Origin: Carcharhinus amblyrhynchos
Lineage: Eukaryota
Assembly (NCBI GenBank): GCA_965287045.1
Contig: OZ336882.1
Location: 64,666,001-64,730,000 of the forward strand
Length of the DNA: 64,000 nucleotides
Direction: 5' to 3'
Shown here: in pieces, positions 39,300 through 50,430 of the stretch
Numbering within the stretch: position 1 is the first letter of the stretch
Layout: every line of letters starts with the position of its first letter
Translations under genes and position numbers: made by a program
The notes under the pieces: model-generated
Database searches by the model: none
What the model was told of the DNA's origin: nothing
The model's input: only the letters and a program-made list of their open reading frames with translations

Positions 39300-39426
39300 T
39301 CTGGCTTCAGAATTAACTGTGCAGCTATTTTGGAGCCAATCACAATAATAGGTTGGCTCTGACACATTTTTCAATGGGTGGCCTGAATTTTCTCTGCAGT
39401 AAAGCTGCGAATATGAATGAGGTATT
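39300..39426 (-). CDS. Candidate 127-nt exon
   Basis: catatatttcag| ... aga|gtgagt; single open frame IPHSYSQLYCRENSGHPLKNVSEPTYYCDWLQNSCTVNSEAR; no homology recognised. Confidence 0.2.
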
Positions 39427-40564
39427 CTGAAATATATGCTCCTGTTTAGTCATGGTCTCAGGCACAAAGTGCTTGCTTGATGTCCAAGGAGAGAGAAACA
39501 ATATCGCAACATGGGCAATAAATTCCCACTGGCATTAAAGGTAATGGCCACAGGGAATTCTGTTTAAGAGAGTTCAAAACTGAGTACAAATTGGTGTTGT
39601 CTGTTATCACCACTTTCCATCCATTCTGAAATATTTGCACTGCTGTTAACACTATTAAAATTTGCATGTCAGGAGGATCCCAGCCTGAGAAAATGTGCTA
39701 GTTTCCTGAAGGTGGAGATGAAAATGACTGGGAGTGTTCTGACTCACATGCATGTGGCAGTTATGACAGAACTGTGAAATCTTTAAGTGTAAAAGCAACT
39801 CAGATAGAAGTAATATGTCAAACTCAGAGAACGAGTGCAATGACAAGGTATGGTTGTGGTACTCATGGAGATCAACAAACCAAAAGAACCAAATTTGCTG
39901 AGTGACCCCCCCCCCCCCCCAAAGAAAATTGATACGATTTCACTTTTTATAGCTTGCACTTTAACAATCGGACCAAAATCAATGTCAATTAAATATTAAT
40001 TGGCAGACAAATTGCGGACTATCTCTTATAATTTCCATGTTAGATAGCAGATACAACAAAGGTTGTGGGTTTACAGGCTCAGTATATGTGGCACCAACTT
40101 CAGCCTTGCAGTCTCTGACATACCTCAGGTAGAATTCCAGTTGCTTTTCTTCAAAGATTTAGCCACTGATCCCCTTTGGACAGCAACTCCCAAACAACCT
40201 GAGTTCCCCAAGTACAATCTTTAACAAAGTGGTGGACTTTTCCAGAACCACCTCAGCTTGTTCATAGTTTTGATAGTGTAGATCTGCCATTGTTACCTCT
40301 ATCTCAACCCTTGAAGACAATCCTGAGAGTGGCTGAGTTTGGTCATTAGTTTACTTCGAGTACAGAAGCAGCTGCAACAACCTTGTATTTGCCAATTGCC
40401 AACTCCTGGATCCAGCCTTCGTTTTCTTCAGCATGCCTGCACTACACTTGGGTTCAATCAGTTCAGATGGCTGCGTTTGGTTTCAACTAGTTTCAATTTC
40501 CCAGAAACCTGAAGTTTCAATTTGTTTCGCTAAGTATCTGAAGTTTCAGTTTCCATTTCAGTCG

Positions 40565-40865
40565 GAGTGGCACAATGGTTAGCACTGCTGCCTCACAGCA
40601 ACCAGCACTCAGGTTCAATTCCAGTCTCAGTCACTGTCTGTGTGGAGTTTGCACATTCTCTCCATGCCTGCATTGGTTTCCTCCAGGTGCTCTGGTTTCC
40701 TCCCACAGTCCAAAGATGTGGCGGTTAGATGGATTGGTCATGCAAAAGTACCCCTTAGTGTCAGGAGGATTAGCAGGGGCTATTGGGGTAGGGCCTGGGT
40801 TGTCGGTGCAGACTCAATGAGCCAAATGGCTCCTTCTGCACTATAGATTCTAGTCTGTGATTCTA
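40565..40865 (+). mobile_element. HE1/V-SINE
   Basis: Head, V-domain and tccttctgcactatagattct tail. Confidence 0.88.
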
Positions 40866-40894
40866 TTCTCAAATCAGACTCAAAAAATATAGAG

Positions 40895-41100
40895 CACGTT
40901 CCCCCCTGTCTGCATGGGCTTCCTCCAGGTGCTCTGGTTTCTTCCCAAAAGACGTGCTGCTTAGGTGCATTGGCCATGCTAAGTTCTCCCTCAGTGTTCC
41001 CGAACAGGGACCGAGTGTGGCAAGTACGGGATTTTCACTAATTTCATTGCAGTGTGAATGTAAGCCTACTTGTGATGCTAATAAATAAACTTTAAAAAAA
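40895..41100 (+). mobile_element. 5'-truncated V-SINE with the alternative tail
   Basis: V-domain followed by the same tail as 15874-16160. Confidence 0.8.
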
Positions 41101-41405
41101 ACATAAGTAATTGGACAAAAGTTGGCCTAAGACCCTTTGCCACTTGCTTCATCACTCACTGAGATCATGACTGATCACCCACCTCAAACCCACTTGTCTG
41201 CCCCAGCCCCCAGATTTCTTCAGAGTCTCAGCCTTGGGTATACCAATAACTTAGTACCAATAGCTCTCTGGGGTTAAAATAATCCAACGATTCAGAACCC
41301 TCTGTGTGAAGAAATCATTCCTCAGCTCAGACACCTTATTCTAAGTCTGTGACCCCTAGTACTAGAATCTACCCTCTAAACGCCAACATTTATTAGTTTC
41401 TCACT

Positions 41406-43600
41406 GTGGTAGAATGGGTTAATTCTAACTGTTCAATATGCTAATCATAGACCATGTATATCCCCACAGGAAGTGATACAATGTCACAGAATGTTCTCTC
41501 TCTTGTATTGCCGTGTGTGGGGTATAACCAGGGCAGTAAGCTGGATTCCAATAAAGTATGTGTTTTATTTACTCCTGCAGATTCACATATATATTCTGTA
41601 TTAACTGAACAATGCTAAGAATATTATATGGGGTGGCAGCAAGTGAAAGAACAGTCCTGGAGAAGTCTTTCCAAATCCAGAAAGCTTCGAAAAAGTCACA
41701 GGTCCCAACCAAGCAGAGGTATAGCTGAAATATTGGAGATCAGTTCAATATCAAACCATGTCAGGCCTTGCTACGAATATGAGAAGTGAGCGGGTCAGTA
41801 TGCTGTGTACTGTGAGGGTGATATCCTTGTCAGACAAGACCAGCCCCTCCCAACATGACTGATCTTCAAAGAACCACGGGTATGGTAAACCAAGTTGGAA
41901 AGTTCCTGCCCAACCTTGATGTCATCAATAAGCCACTAGGTCAGCTGTTACAAGATAATACGTGTTGTTGAGTGGAAGCATAACAAAGTTCCTATGAAAA
42001 TCAAAGAGGTGATGATATCACCTGACAGTTAGCTCACTATGGCCCAGAGATATCCAGTATCATTGCTGCCAATGCACCTTCTACAGGATTGGTAGCTGTA
42101 TGCTTTCAAATACAGATAGATGGAAAGCCCAGACCAGTTTACAATGCATCCTATTCACTGAACAGATCCTGAACAGAGATCTGCAGTGACAAAGAAAGAA
42201 GCTACAACATCGACTTGTGAAAAGTTTGCAAATTATGTTTGTGATCCTCACTTCAAGATAGAGACTGCCCAGGAATCTTTAGTGATGCTCCTAAAATCTA
42301 AGGAGTTAGCAACAATGCTTCCATAAGGACAACAATTCAGACTGAAAATGATGAGGTCTGATGCAAAGATAGGGTATGTTCTGGGAAATCAACAAACCAC
42401 AGCAGGTACTTTATTCTAGTGTCAAGACTGGAACAAGGAGATGTAATTCTTTTCAAAGAGGTAGAACCTTTTGCAACAAAAACAACCATAACTCTACCAG
42501 AAACAATTCAATGACTGAATGAGACCAGGGATGCACAGAACTCTGATGAAGAATGTGCTTGAGTCAGAGAACACTGCACCCAAGGATGGCCAGCATACAT
42601 GCCACACAATTGCAGTCTCTGGTAATACTACCAATAGGGAGGACACCTCTGTGTAGTTGACAATTTACCCACTTACGATTACAGAGTGTATACCGAGAGT
42701 TATGAGACTCAACATACTGCAGCGATTGCAGCAAGAGCATTTGAGCATCAGAGAATGACGAGCCAGAGCAAAATATTCTGTTTGGTGATGCAATCTCTCT
42801 AAATCATTGGAATTGATAATATCAAGCTGGAGTACTTGTGTTATTCATCAGCAGAAGACAAGAGAATCGTTGATGCCATCTTCCTTTCCATCAAGACCAT
42901 GGGAACATTTGGGGATGGACATCTTTGAACACAGAGCTAAAATATTCCTGATCATAGTAGATATTATTCAGATAGATAGAAGTCAACAACTGCAGGGTTA
43001 CATTTCTGAAGCAGCGATTACATTGCTGAAGAAGATATTTGCAACCCATCAAATCCCAGACCTTGCAATCTTAGACACTGGAACGCCATATGCTAATTAA
43101 CTCTTTAAAGAGTTCACAGTATCATATAGATTTGTTCATACTATCAGTTCACCAAGGTACCCTCATGCCAACAGTGAAGTTGGAAGTAAAGTAGATATAA
43201 TGAAAGCATCACTGAAGAACAACATCAGCATCCAACCTGCACATCTCAACCATTGTTCACTTTCACTCCAAAATGGAGAGCACCATGTGAACTCTTCATA
43301 GGAAGAAGATTAAGCACTCAATTCCTTTGGGCAAACTGAGAGACAAAGAGGACAAATTTGTCCCAGCCAGATGTAGAACATTGACAAGCATAACAGAACA
43401 TGCAACTTGCCAGACTACCAAACAAGAGAGGTCGTTTGGATCCAAGACCAACTCAGCTGTGGACAAGTGGTTGATCAGATAGCAAGATCACAGACCTACC
43501 TCATCCAAACACAGCATTGTTCAGTGAAGCTGAGCTATGGTTGCTATACAGAATGGCCTTCTATCCTGTTGAAGAGCAATCATCTACACCATCAAAACCA
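41406..43600 (+). mobile_element. Decayed Ty3/Gypsy LTR retrotransposon (probable 5' LTR ~41406-41628, then RT/RNase H/integrase remnants)
   Basis: tg...aataaa...then PBS-like ggtggcagc; GMVNQVGKFLPNL, EQRSAVTKKEA, CEKFANYV, PSRPWEHLGMDIF, IFATHQIPD, SSPRYPHANSEV; many stops; no 3' LTR seen. Confidence 0.85.
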
Positions 43601-43704
43601 GCCAGAAATGCTGCATTCACAAGTGCTAGTATCTAAAATGTTTATGACTCTTCTTGGTAATATTAAATACTTCTTCTTTCAATCTGATATCCTTAATATT
43701 CTGA

Positions 43705-44257
43705 TATCATTGAGAAAGGATATATTGGCCTTGGAGGGAGTACAGAGAAGGTTCACCAGGTTGATACCGGAGATGAGGGGGTTAGCTTATGAGGAGAGAG
43801 CGAGTAGATTGGGCCTGTACTCATTGGAGTTTAGAAGGCTGAGGGGGGATCTTATAAAGACATATAAGATACTGAAGGGGATAGATAGGGTAGAGGCAGA
43901 GAGATTCTTTCCACTTAGAAAGGAAACCAGAACTAGAGGGCACAGCCTCAAAATAATGGGGGGAGGGGTGGGGGGGGTGCAGTTTAGATCAGAGTTCAGG
44001 AGGAACTTCTTCTCTCAGAGGGTAGTGAACCTCTGGAATTCTCTGCCCATTGAAGTGGTGGAGGCCACCTCGTTGAATATGTTTAAGTCACGGGTAGATA
44101 GATTTCTGATCGATAAGGGAATTAAGGGTTATGGGGAGCAGGCAGATAAGTGGAACTGATCCACTTTAGATCAGCCATGATCTTATTGAATGGTGGGGCA
44201 GGCTTGAGGGGCTAGATGACCTACTCCTGTTCCTATTTCTTATGTTCTTATGTTCTT
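43705..44257 (+). mobile_element. Young CR1 3' end
   Basis: LRKDILALEGVQRRFTRLIP...FFSQRVVNLWNSLP; tail (ttcttatg)n; same subfamily as 8268. Confidence 0.95.
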
Positions 44258-44429
44258 AACCTCTTTAGCTAACCATGATGGATCACTTTACCAACAGTGT
44301 TTTTACTCCTCAATGTAGTGTGTATTTGTTAAGAATTATGAAATATTTATTTAACCATCTTCCATTGCTTATCTATCTATATACCTCTTAATCAAATTTC
44401 CCAATCTACCTTTGTCAAATTGCACCTCT

Positions 44430-44590
44430 TGAATCATAGAATCCTAGAGTGCAGAAGGAGGCCATTTGACCAATCGACCACAATCCCATCCAGGTCCTTT
44501 CCTCATACACCCATGCATTTACCTTAGCTCGTCACCCTGATACTTCGGGGCAATTTACTAAGGCCAACCCGCTGAGCCTGCACATGTTTG
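44430..44590 (-). mobile_element. HE1 SINE 3' half
   Basis: gaatcatagaatcctagagtgcagaaggaggcc tail. Confidence 0.7.
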
Positions 44591-46938
44591 AGCTCGTACT
44601 TTTTAAATTGAAATTGAAGGCGAAGTCCATGTTTTTTTTTCTATTTCATGGCTTCATTTAAGCTTAATGCTCTAGTTTGGACTTACTCACATCACTTGTG
44701 AATGCACTGTCAAATTCCATCATATTGTGATCATTCTTTCCCATAGAATCACTTATTGTGAGATTAACCCACATTTATCACATAAGACAAGATCTAAAAT
44801 AGTTTCCTCCCTGATTGGTTCCATTACATCTTGTTCTGGAAAATTGCTTAGAATATGTTCCATGGGCCACCTTCAAACTACTTTTAAGGGGAATCTGCAA
44901 TTTGTTTTGTCAGATCCAGGTGAAGGTTAAATTCTGCCACATGTATTGCATTGCCTTTTTACACGCTCTTATTATTGCTCGATTAATACTCTGTCTGGCA
45001 ATATTACTACTGCTAAGGGGCCGATAATTTTCACCCACCACTGGTTTCTTTCCTTTCCTATGCTTTACCTTCACCCACACTGATTATACATACTGCACAA
45101 GATCCTTACTCACTACAGTCATGCTTTATTATCCCCCAAACATATTCACTGTTTCTGTGTTGTATACCCAATATATTCCTATGTAATGTAATTGTGTTTG
45201 TCTTCAACTACCCTGGAAGGTTAATCAAATGCTGAACAATATTAGGCACTGGATTGGACAGTGGACGAAGTCACCATTGCATTAATTCTTCAGGATGTAG
45301 ATATCCTACAAGGATAAACAGGTTCAGTATCAATCTACAAATCCTTCCAACGTAGGCCAATAGCAGGTTGTAAGAGTGAGAGAAATGACTTGTCCAGCCA
45401 CATGTTGGGAAGAAAATTGAACCTTTCACCATCACTATTCATAACTCTGAACTGCTATATGCATATAAAAGTGCATGTTGCCTTGGCTACCAGATCCCTT
45501 GGGGTGGAGAGTGGGAGTAGGGGGAGTGTCTTTGGTTGGACAGCCAGAGTGGATCAGATTGGTGTCAACAGCACAGGGTTCATTGCCCATTCCAGCAAGG
45601 GTGGATTTGGGGATTTGTTGATGTTTTACCCCTGGTGGAGATCTCAATGCCAAGTCAGACCTGCCTTTGGGCAGAGAACTAAAGAAGAAGGAAATTATCT
45701 TACACGGTATATCACAGATGTTGGCTATCTAGAATTTCATTAAAAGACAGCTGAAGCCTAGCAAAATTGTACAATGCCAAATTGTATGAACCCTCGGCCA
45801 GCGAAATTTGAAAAGTTCAGAGCTGCTTATATTCTAAGTCAATTCACTACACTGGCCATCGAAAGTGAAAATGAGACCTTTGCTGTTGCCTCAGGGTTTG
45901 GGTCTGGCCCTTTGACAATATTGTACAGGTCTTTGAAGGCAGGAGTCATCTTCTCCAAGACATGTTGGAAATGATGGGGCTACACCCCACACCTACACAA
46001 ATCCACTTGACCTGTTGAAGATGCCACTGCACTAATCGGGAACATATTTCTCTTTCCAGTCATTTATATGATGAGCAATGCAACGTTGCCAGAATAAACA
46101 AGCCAAAGATTCTTTCACTAATCTGCTGAAACTTTATGCATAGTCAGTATTTGCATGCAGCAGCCAAATCACAAATATGTAAGTATAGACTAAGCAAAAG
46201 ATGGAAAATAAAAGCGCTGTTACAACAAAGGACATTAAAAGCAGATGTAAAACACACCCTGTTTGAGATTAAGTGAGGAAACAGCTCAGATTTACAAGAC
46301 TGTTTTTCAATTAAACATGAATAGGTCACTTTAGAAGCTACGGGTATTGTAAAGGTAAACTAAATGATTGAGCAAATTATTCCTACAAACAATTATGTTA
46401 CAGGATAATAGATTGGAAGATTTGATGACCTGGCACGCCAAATAAAAGATGCAGGCTCGGGCCATGAAATAAGAAAAGACAAGACTATAGATACAGATCA
46501 GTGTCTGAACACAGAAAAGATGGACTCGCTGAAGATTTTAGCTGAAGATTCTTCATCAGACCAAATTCTCAGTTCTAACAAAGATTGGTCCACACAAAAT
46601 GGCAGCATGTATTCTCTCCATTCAAACATCTGGTGGATTGTTCTGGACTACAAGCCACTACTAACCTTATTTCAGATTTTAAAAAGCAAAGTTCAATAAT
46701 ACTTGAAAACAAGAGGAGGGATCACAATACATGATTAAACAGTAGCCACTGTTATTGATATAGGCAGAAGGCAAACCTTATGCTCATTTGAATGATTGCA
46801 GAGCGCATCCAGTGCTATAATCCTCAGCTCCACTTTCCCGCCTTATCCCTGTAACCTTGATTCCCTTACTGATTAAAAATCTGCCTATCTCAGCCTTGAA
46901 TATACTTAATGACGCAACCTCTGCACTAAAGAATTCCA

Positions 46939-46966
46939 TGATGTGGGTATGTGGGTCAGACTTTTT
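46939..46966. mobile_element. 28-bp collapsed remnant of a family A PLE fold-back with a perfect 14-bp TSD
   Basis: actaaagaattcca at 46925-46938 and 46967-46980; the insert tgatgtgggtatg..gtcagacttttt matches the two outer ends of 23752-24322. Confidence 0.75.
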
Positions 46967-47080
46967 ACTAAAGAATTCCACACATTCACTCCCTTCTGAG
47001 AAATTCCTCCTCATCTTGGTATTTTTTTAGTCTGCGATTACGCCGTCTGGTCCTAGGCTCTCTCACAAGCAGAAACATCT

Positions 47081-47217
47081 AGGTAAAGGCAAAATACTGT
47101 GGCTGCTGGAATCTGAAACGAAAACAGTAAATGCTGGAAAATCTCAGCGGGCCTGGCAGCATCTGTGGAAAGAGAATACAGCTAACATGTTGAGTCTGGG
47201 TGACCCTTCATCAGAGA
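47081..47217 (-). mobile_element. Family B PLE terminus with decayed hammerhead
   Basis: Minus strand ctgatga-a-gggtc-accca-gactc-aaca (GAAA mutated); imperfect TSD agaaacatct/ggaaatatct. Confidence 0.7.
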
Positions 47218-47324
47218 GGAAATATCTGCCATGTCAAGTCCTGTCTCAGTTTCATTCTTCTAAACTCCAGCAGGTGCTAGATGTCGTTCCCGATGTAAAT
47301 TTGATCTGGGAACAAACAAGGATT

Positions 47325-47400
47325 AACATGGCAGAGAGAAAGCCCAAAGTTCTCTGACACAGCATTGGAGGCCCTGCTGGAAGAGGTGGACAGGAGTAAA
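47325..47400 (+). mobile_element. Harbinger-associated Myb-like gene, 5' fragment
   Basis: MAERK/PKFSDTALEALLEEVDR. Confidence 0.45.
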
Positions 47401-47479
47401 CAGGCCCAATTATACACAGGAGACTAGAAAGCCCTCCAAACAAACACCAAAAAAGTTGTGCAACTGTTTATACAGCTTA

Positions 47480-48080
47480 ATGTAGCCCTGAGGCATTTGA
47501 TAAAGTGCCACTCACACGGCTTGCCAACAAAGGTGAAGTCCATTGAAAGAAATAGACAAGAAGCTGGCTGGGTGACAGGGAACAGTGTACCAGTGAATGG
47601 TTGTTTTTCAGACTGGAGAATTGTGATGTCCTCCAGGGGTCGGTCCTGGGGCCACTGCTTTTCTTGAGATATATTAATGAACTAAACATGGATGTATAGG
47701 CACAATTTCAAAATTTGCAGATGACATATGTTTTGCAAATTAAGACGAGCATAGTGATGGACTTCAAGAGGACATTAGCTGGTGAAATGGGTAGACAGTT
47801 GCCGGATGAAGTTTAATTCCGAGAAGGATGAAGTACATTTTGGCAGGAAGATAGAAGAGGCAATGAGACAATATAAACCAAAGAGTACAATTCTCAAGAG
47901 GATACAAGAGCAGAGAGGCTTTGGGGTATATATGTACAGGTTGTTAAAAGTGGTGGGGCATGGTGAGAAAATGGTTATAAAGATATACGGGATCTTGGGC
48001 TTTATAAGCAGAGGCATAGAGTCATGACAAATCTTCATAAAACATTGGTTCAGTCTCACTATAATATTGTAGCACTGCTG
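47480..48080 (+). mobile_element. Decayed CR1 RT fragment
   Basis: AFDKVP, QGSVLGPLLF, KFADD, MKFNSEK..VHFGRK. Confidence 0.85.
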
Positions 48081-48114
48081 GTTACTATATAAATGCTGGC
48101 CAGGACACATACAG

Positions 48115-48335
48115 GACCTTCCCTTGTCTTTGAAATAGCATGATGAGATTGTATATGCCCACCTGAGAGGGCAGAAGGGTCTTCGTTTTAATGTCCCATT
48201 TGAAAGTCAGCACTTTCAGCAGTACAGCACTCCCTCTGTACTCTGCTGGTGTCTCAGCCTAGGTGATGTGCTCAAGGCCCTGGAGTGGAACGTAACCCAT
48301 CGACTTTTGGACTGCAAGGCCACTGCGCCAGCGTT
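48115..48335 (-). mobile_element. Deu-domain-like SINE
   Basis: Reverse complement of the head/body seen at 27293; contains cagtacagcactccctctgtac. Confidence 0.6.
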
Positions 48336-48784
48336 AACACTTTGGATTCCTTGGTAGAGAAGGAACCCAAGAGTGCTAACTCACTGCACCATCAAATCCC
48401 ACTACCCAAATATCATTATTTCCGACTAGCTGATGCTTTCTTGAGATGATTCACAGGGGACATAATACAGATTTCTCATCTCACTGAAATACTTTGCTTT
48501 TTCATCCACTAATAATGTAAGCATAAGTGGTCAGGAAAAAAGCTTTGAGTTTCGAAAATTGCTTTCATAGAGTGGATTGCTGTGATAAGTGCTTGACTAG
48601 TTATCTTGTGCCCAGATGGCTATGAGTTCAAGTCTCTCACTGGCCCTTATGGCAGGTTACGTGGGAGTAAGGATAAGTGTATTTGATTTACATTTTTCAT
48701 CCCAGATTAGAATGGTTGAATTCCAGGGTTCCCCAACCATAATGATGAAATTATTACAGTCCTTTTGCTGCTGAAAATAGAGAC

Positions 48785-48820
48785 ATGTCAAAGCTTTTCA
48801 CCTTATACTCATCAGGACAC
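48785..48820 (-). ncRNA. Minimal hammerhead motif with weak stem II (family C)
   Basis: GUGUC-CUGAUGA-GUAUAAGGU-GAAA-AGCU-UU-GACAU; the sister at 51198-51233 (+) has GAAA changed to AAAA. Confidence 0.5.
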
Positions 48821-50228
48821 TTCACAAGCATACCAATGTGAAGGGAAAACAACAATTTATACCATATGAGAAGACAATGCTGATTGTCGAAAAGTAGACT
48901 CTGACTTTCACATGCAATGCATTCGCACCTTACAGTATCGGAGGGCCATAAGAACAACCTAGACATAAAGCTGACAAAGGGATATAGTCACCCTTACCAA
49001 GCCTGACAGTATCAACAAAATGCACTTCAATCTTAATGTTCGGTCCAAATTCATATCAATTGGACCTTCAGCTCACAATGACTGGATAGCCTTGCTCAAA
49101 AATAAATTTAAAAATTGTTTGGTGCACTTGTGTAAGAGTGATAAGTTGCCATGAAACATTTATGACAGGCTTCACCCTCATAGCTTGTTGTGTCTGCCTG
49201 AGACACGCAAATCCGATGGCCCTTTATGCCCTACCCTATCTATGACTGCTGCATATATCATGAACTGGCCACATGGTCGGGGTACAATGGTTTGCTATAT
49301 TTAATGTGCATGTCGGAATTCCCTTACCTGTCTTAATGGGCTCCATCCTGTGCTCAAATTCACCTTTGAAATGGAGCAGCCAAAATGAGCTTCCTTTCCT
49401 TGACACCTAGTTAGGAAATCTGTCATGGGTTCTCTACTATTGTCCACAGCAAGCTTATCTTCACTGGTCAATATACAGGTTGGGATTCCTATAGTTGCAC
49501 ATGCTGGATTGGCCTTATTGGCAACCCCTCATTAATAGGGCCTGAGGCCTGAAGCTTGATGCTGAAATAGGGGACATCAAAGCCATCCTGTGGGACAATG
49601 GCTACTCTGATCAGATTGCTGGATCTCACACAAACTTATGAACAGGCCTACGGCTGCCACTTATTTGCCCAGTCGACCTCAGAATACCCTGAAAAGGTAA
49701 GGTATATCAAAAATTTGGGCAACAGGTGAAACTAGCTGTTTCACACTGATACTTTGCAGTAGCAACACGAGTGGTATTCACCACTAACAAGATGCTGCTG
49801 TCAAGTCAAAAAAAATTCCACCTATCGCACAAATTAGTAATGTACTGTTTGAATTTCAGTGCCAGTGTAATGCATGGTTTGTCGGCTGTATGTCCCAAAG
49901 ACTATCAAGTAGCATGTCCCTTCCACTGTGAGCATAAGGTAAGGTACAAACCGTAACCAACCAGCCCTTGCTTGCAAAACTCAAACTTTAGATGTGATTC
50001 CTCGATTGGACAACATTTGCTAAATAATCCCCAGTGTGTTAAGAATTACGCTAGCAACCAATGTAAGATTGTCGGTCAAACTCGCAGCGTGATGTTGGAA
50101 GTGGCATCTATGAATACACGGGACCCTGTTCTTTGCGGACAGGAAGAACATGTGCACACATTGTTCCTGTTTCAACTAAACAAAATAAGCAACTACCATT
50201 CGCTGCTTCATTCTTCTTGTCCAATCAG

Positions 50229-50430
50229 GATGTGGAGATGCCAGCATTGGACTGGAGTGGGCATCAGGTTAAAATCTAATAGGTTTATTTGGAATCACGA
50301 GCTTTCAGAGGACTGCTCCTTCCTCAGGTGAGGAAGGAGGAAGGACTTACCTGAGGAAGAAGCAGCGCTTTGAAAGCTCATGTTTCCAAATAAACCTGTT
50401 AAATTTTAACTGGTGCGGTGAGACTTCTTA
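50229..50430. mobile_element. Short head-to-head pair of family A-like PLE termini with ~13-bp TSD
   Basis: cttgtccaatcag (50216-50228)/cttgaccaatcag (50431-50443); hammerhead motifs at 50295-50331 (-) and 50347-50383 (+). Confidence 0.8.
50295..50331 (-). ncRNA. Minimal hammerhead motif
   Basis: UCAC-CUGAGGA-A-GGAG(CAGUC)CUCU-GAAA-GC-UC-GUGA; core intact, CUC cleavage triplet. Confidence 0.6.

Larger units (their letters stand above)
46800..47285 (-). mobile_element. CR1 3' fragment hosting two PLE-terminal insertions
   Basis: SLSIFKAEIGRFLISKGIK on the minus strand. Confidence 0.75.

Noticed and set aside
43407-44159. Gypsy-CR1 fusion protein (250 aa)
   Set aside because: Chance read-through from decayed Gypsy and spacer DNA into a young CR1 end; non-ATG start.
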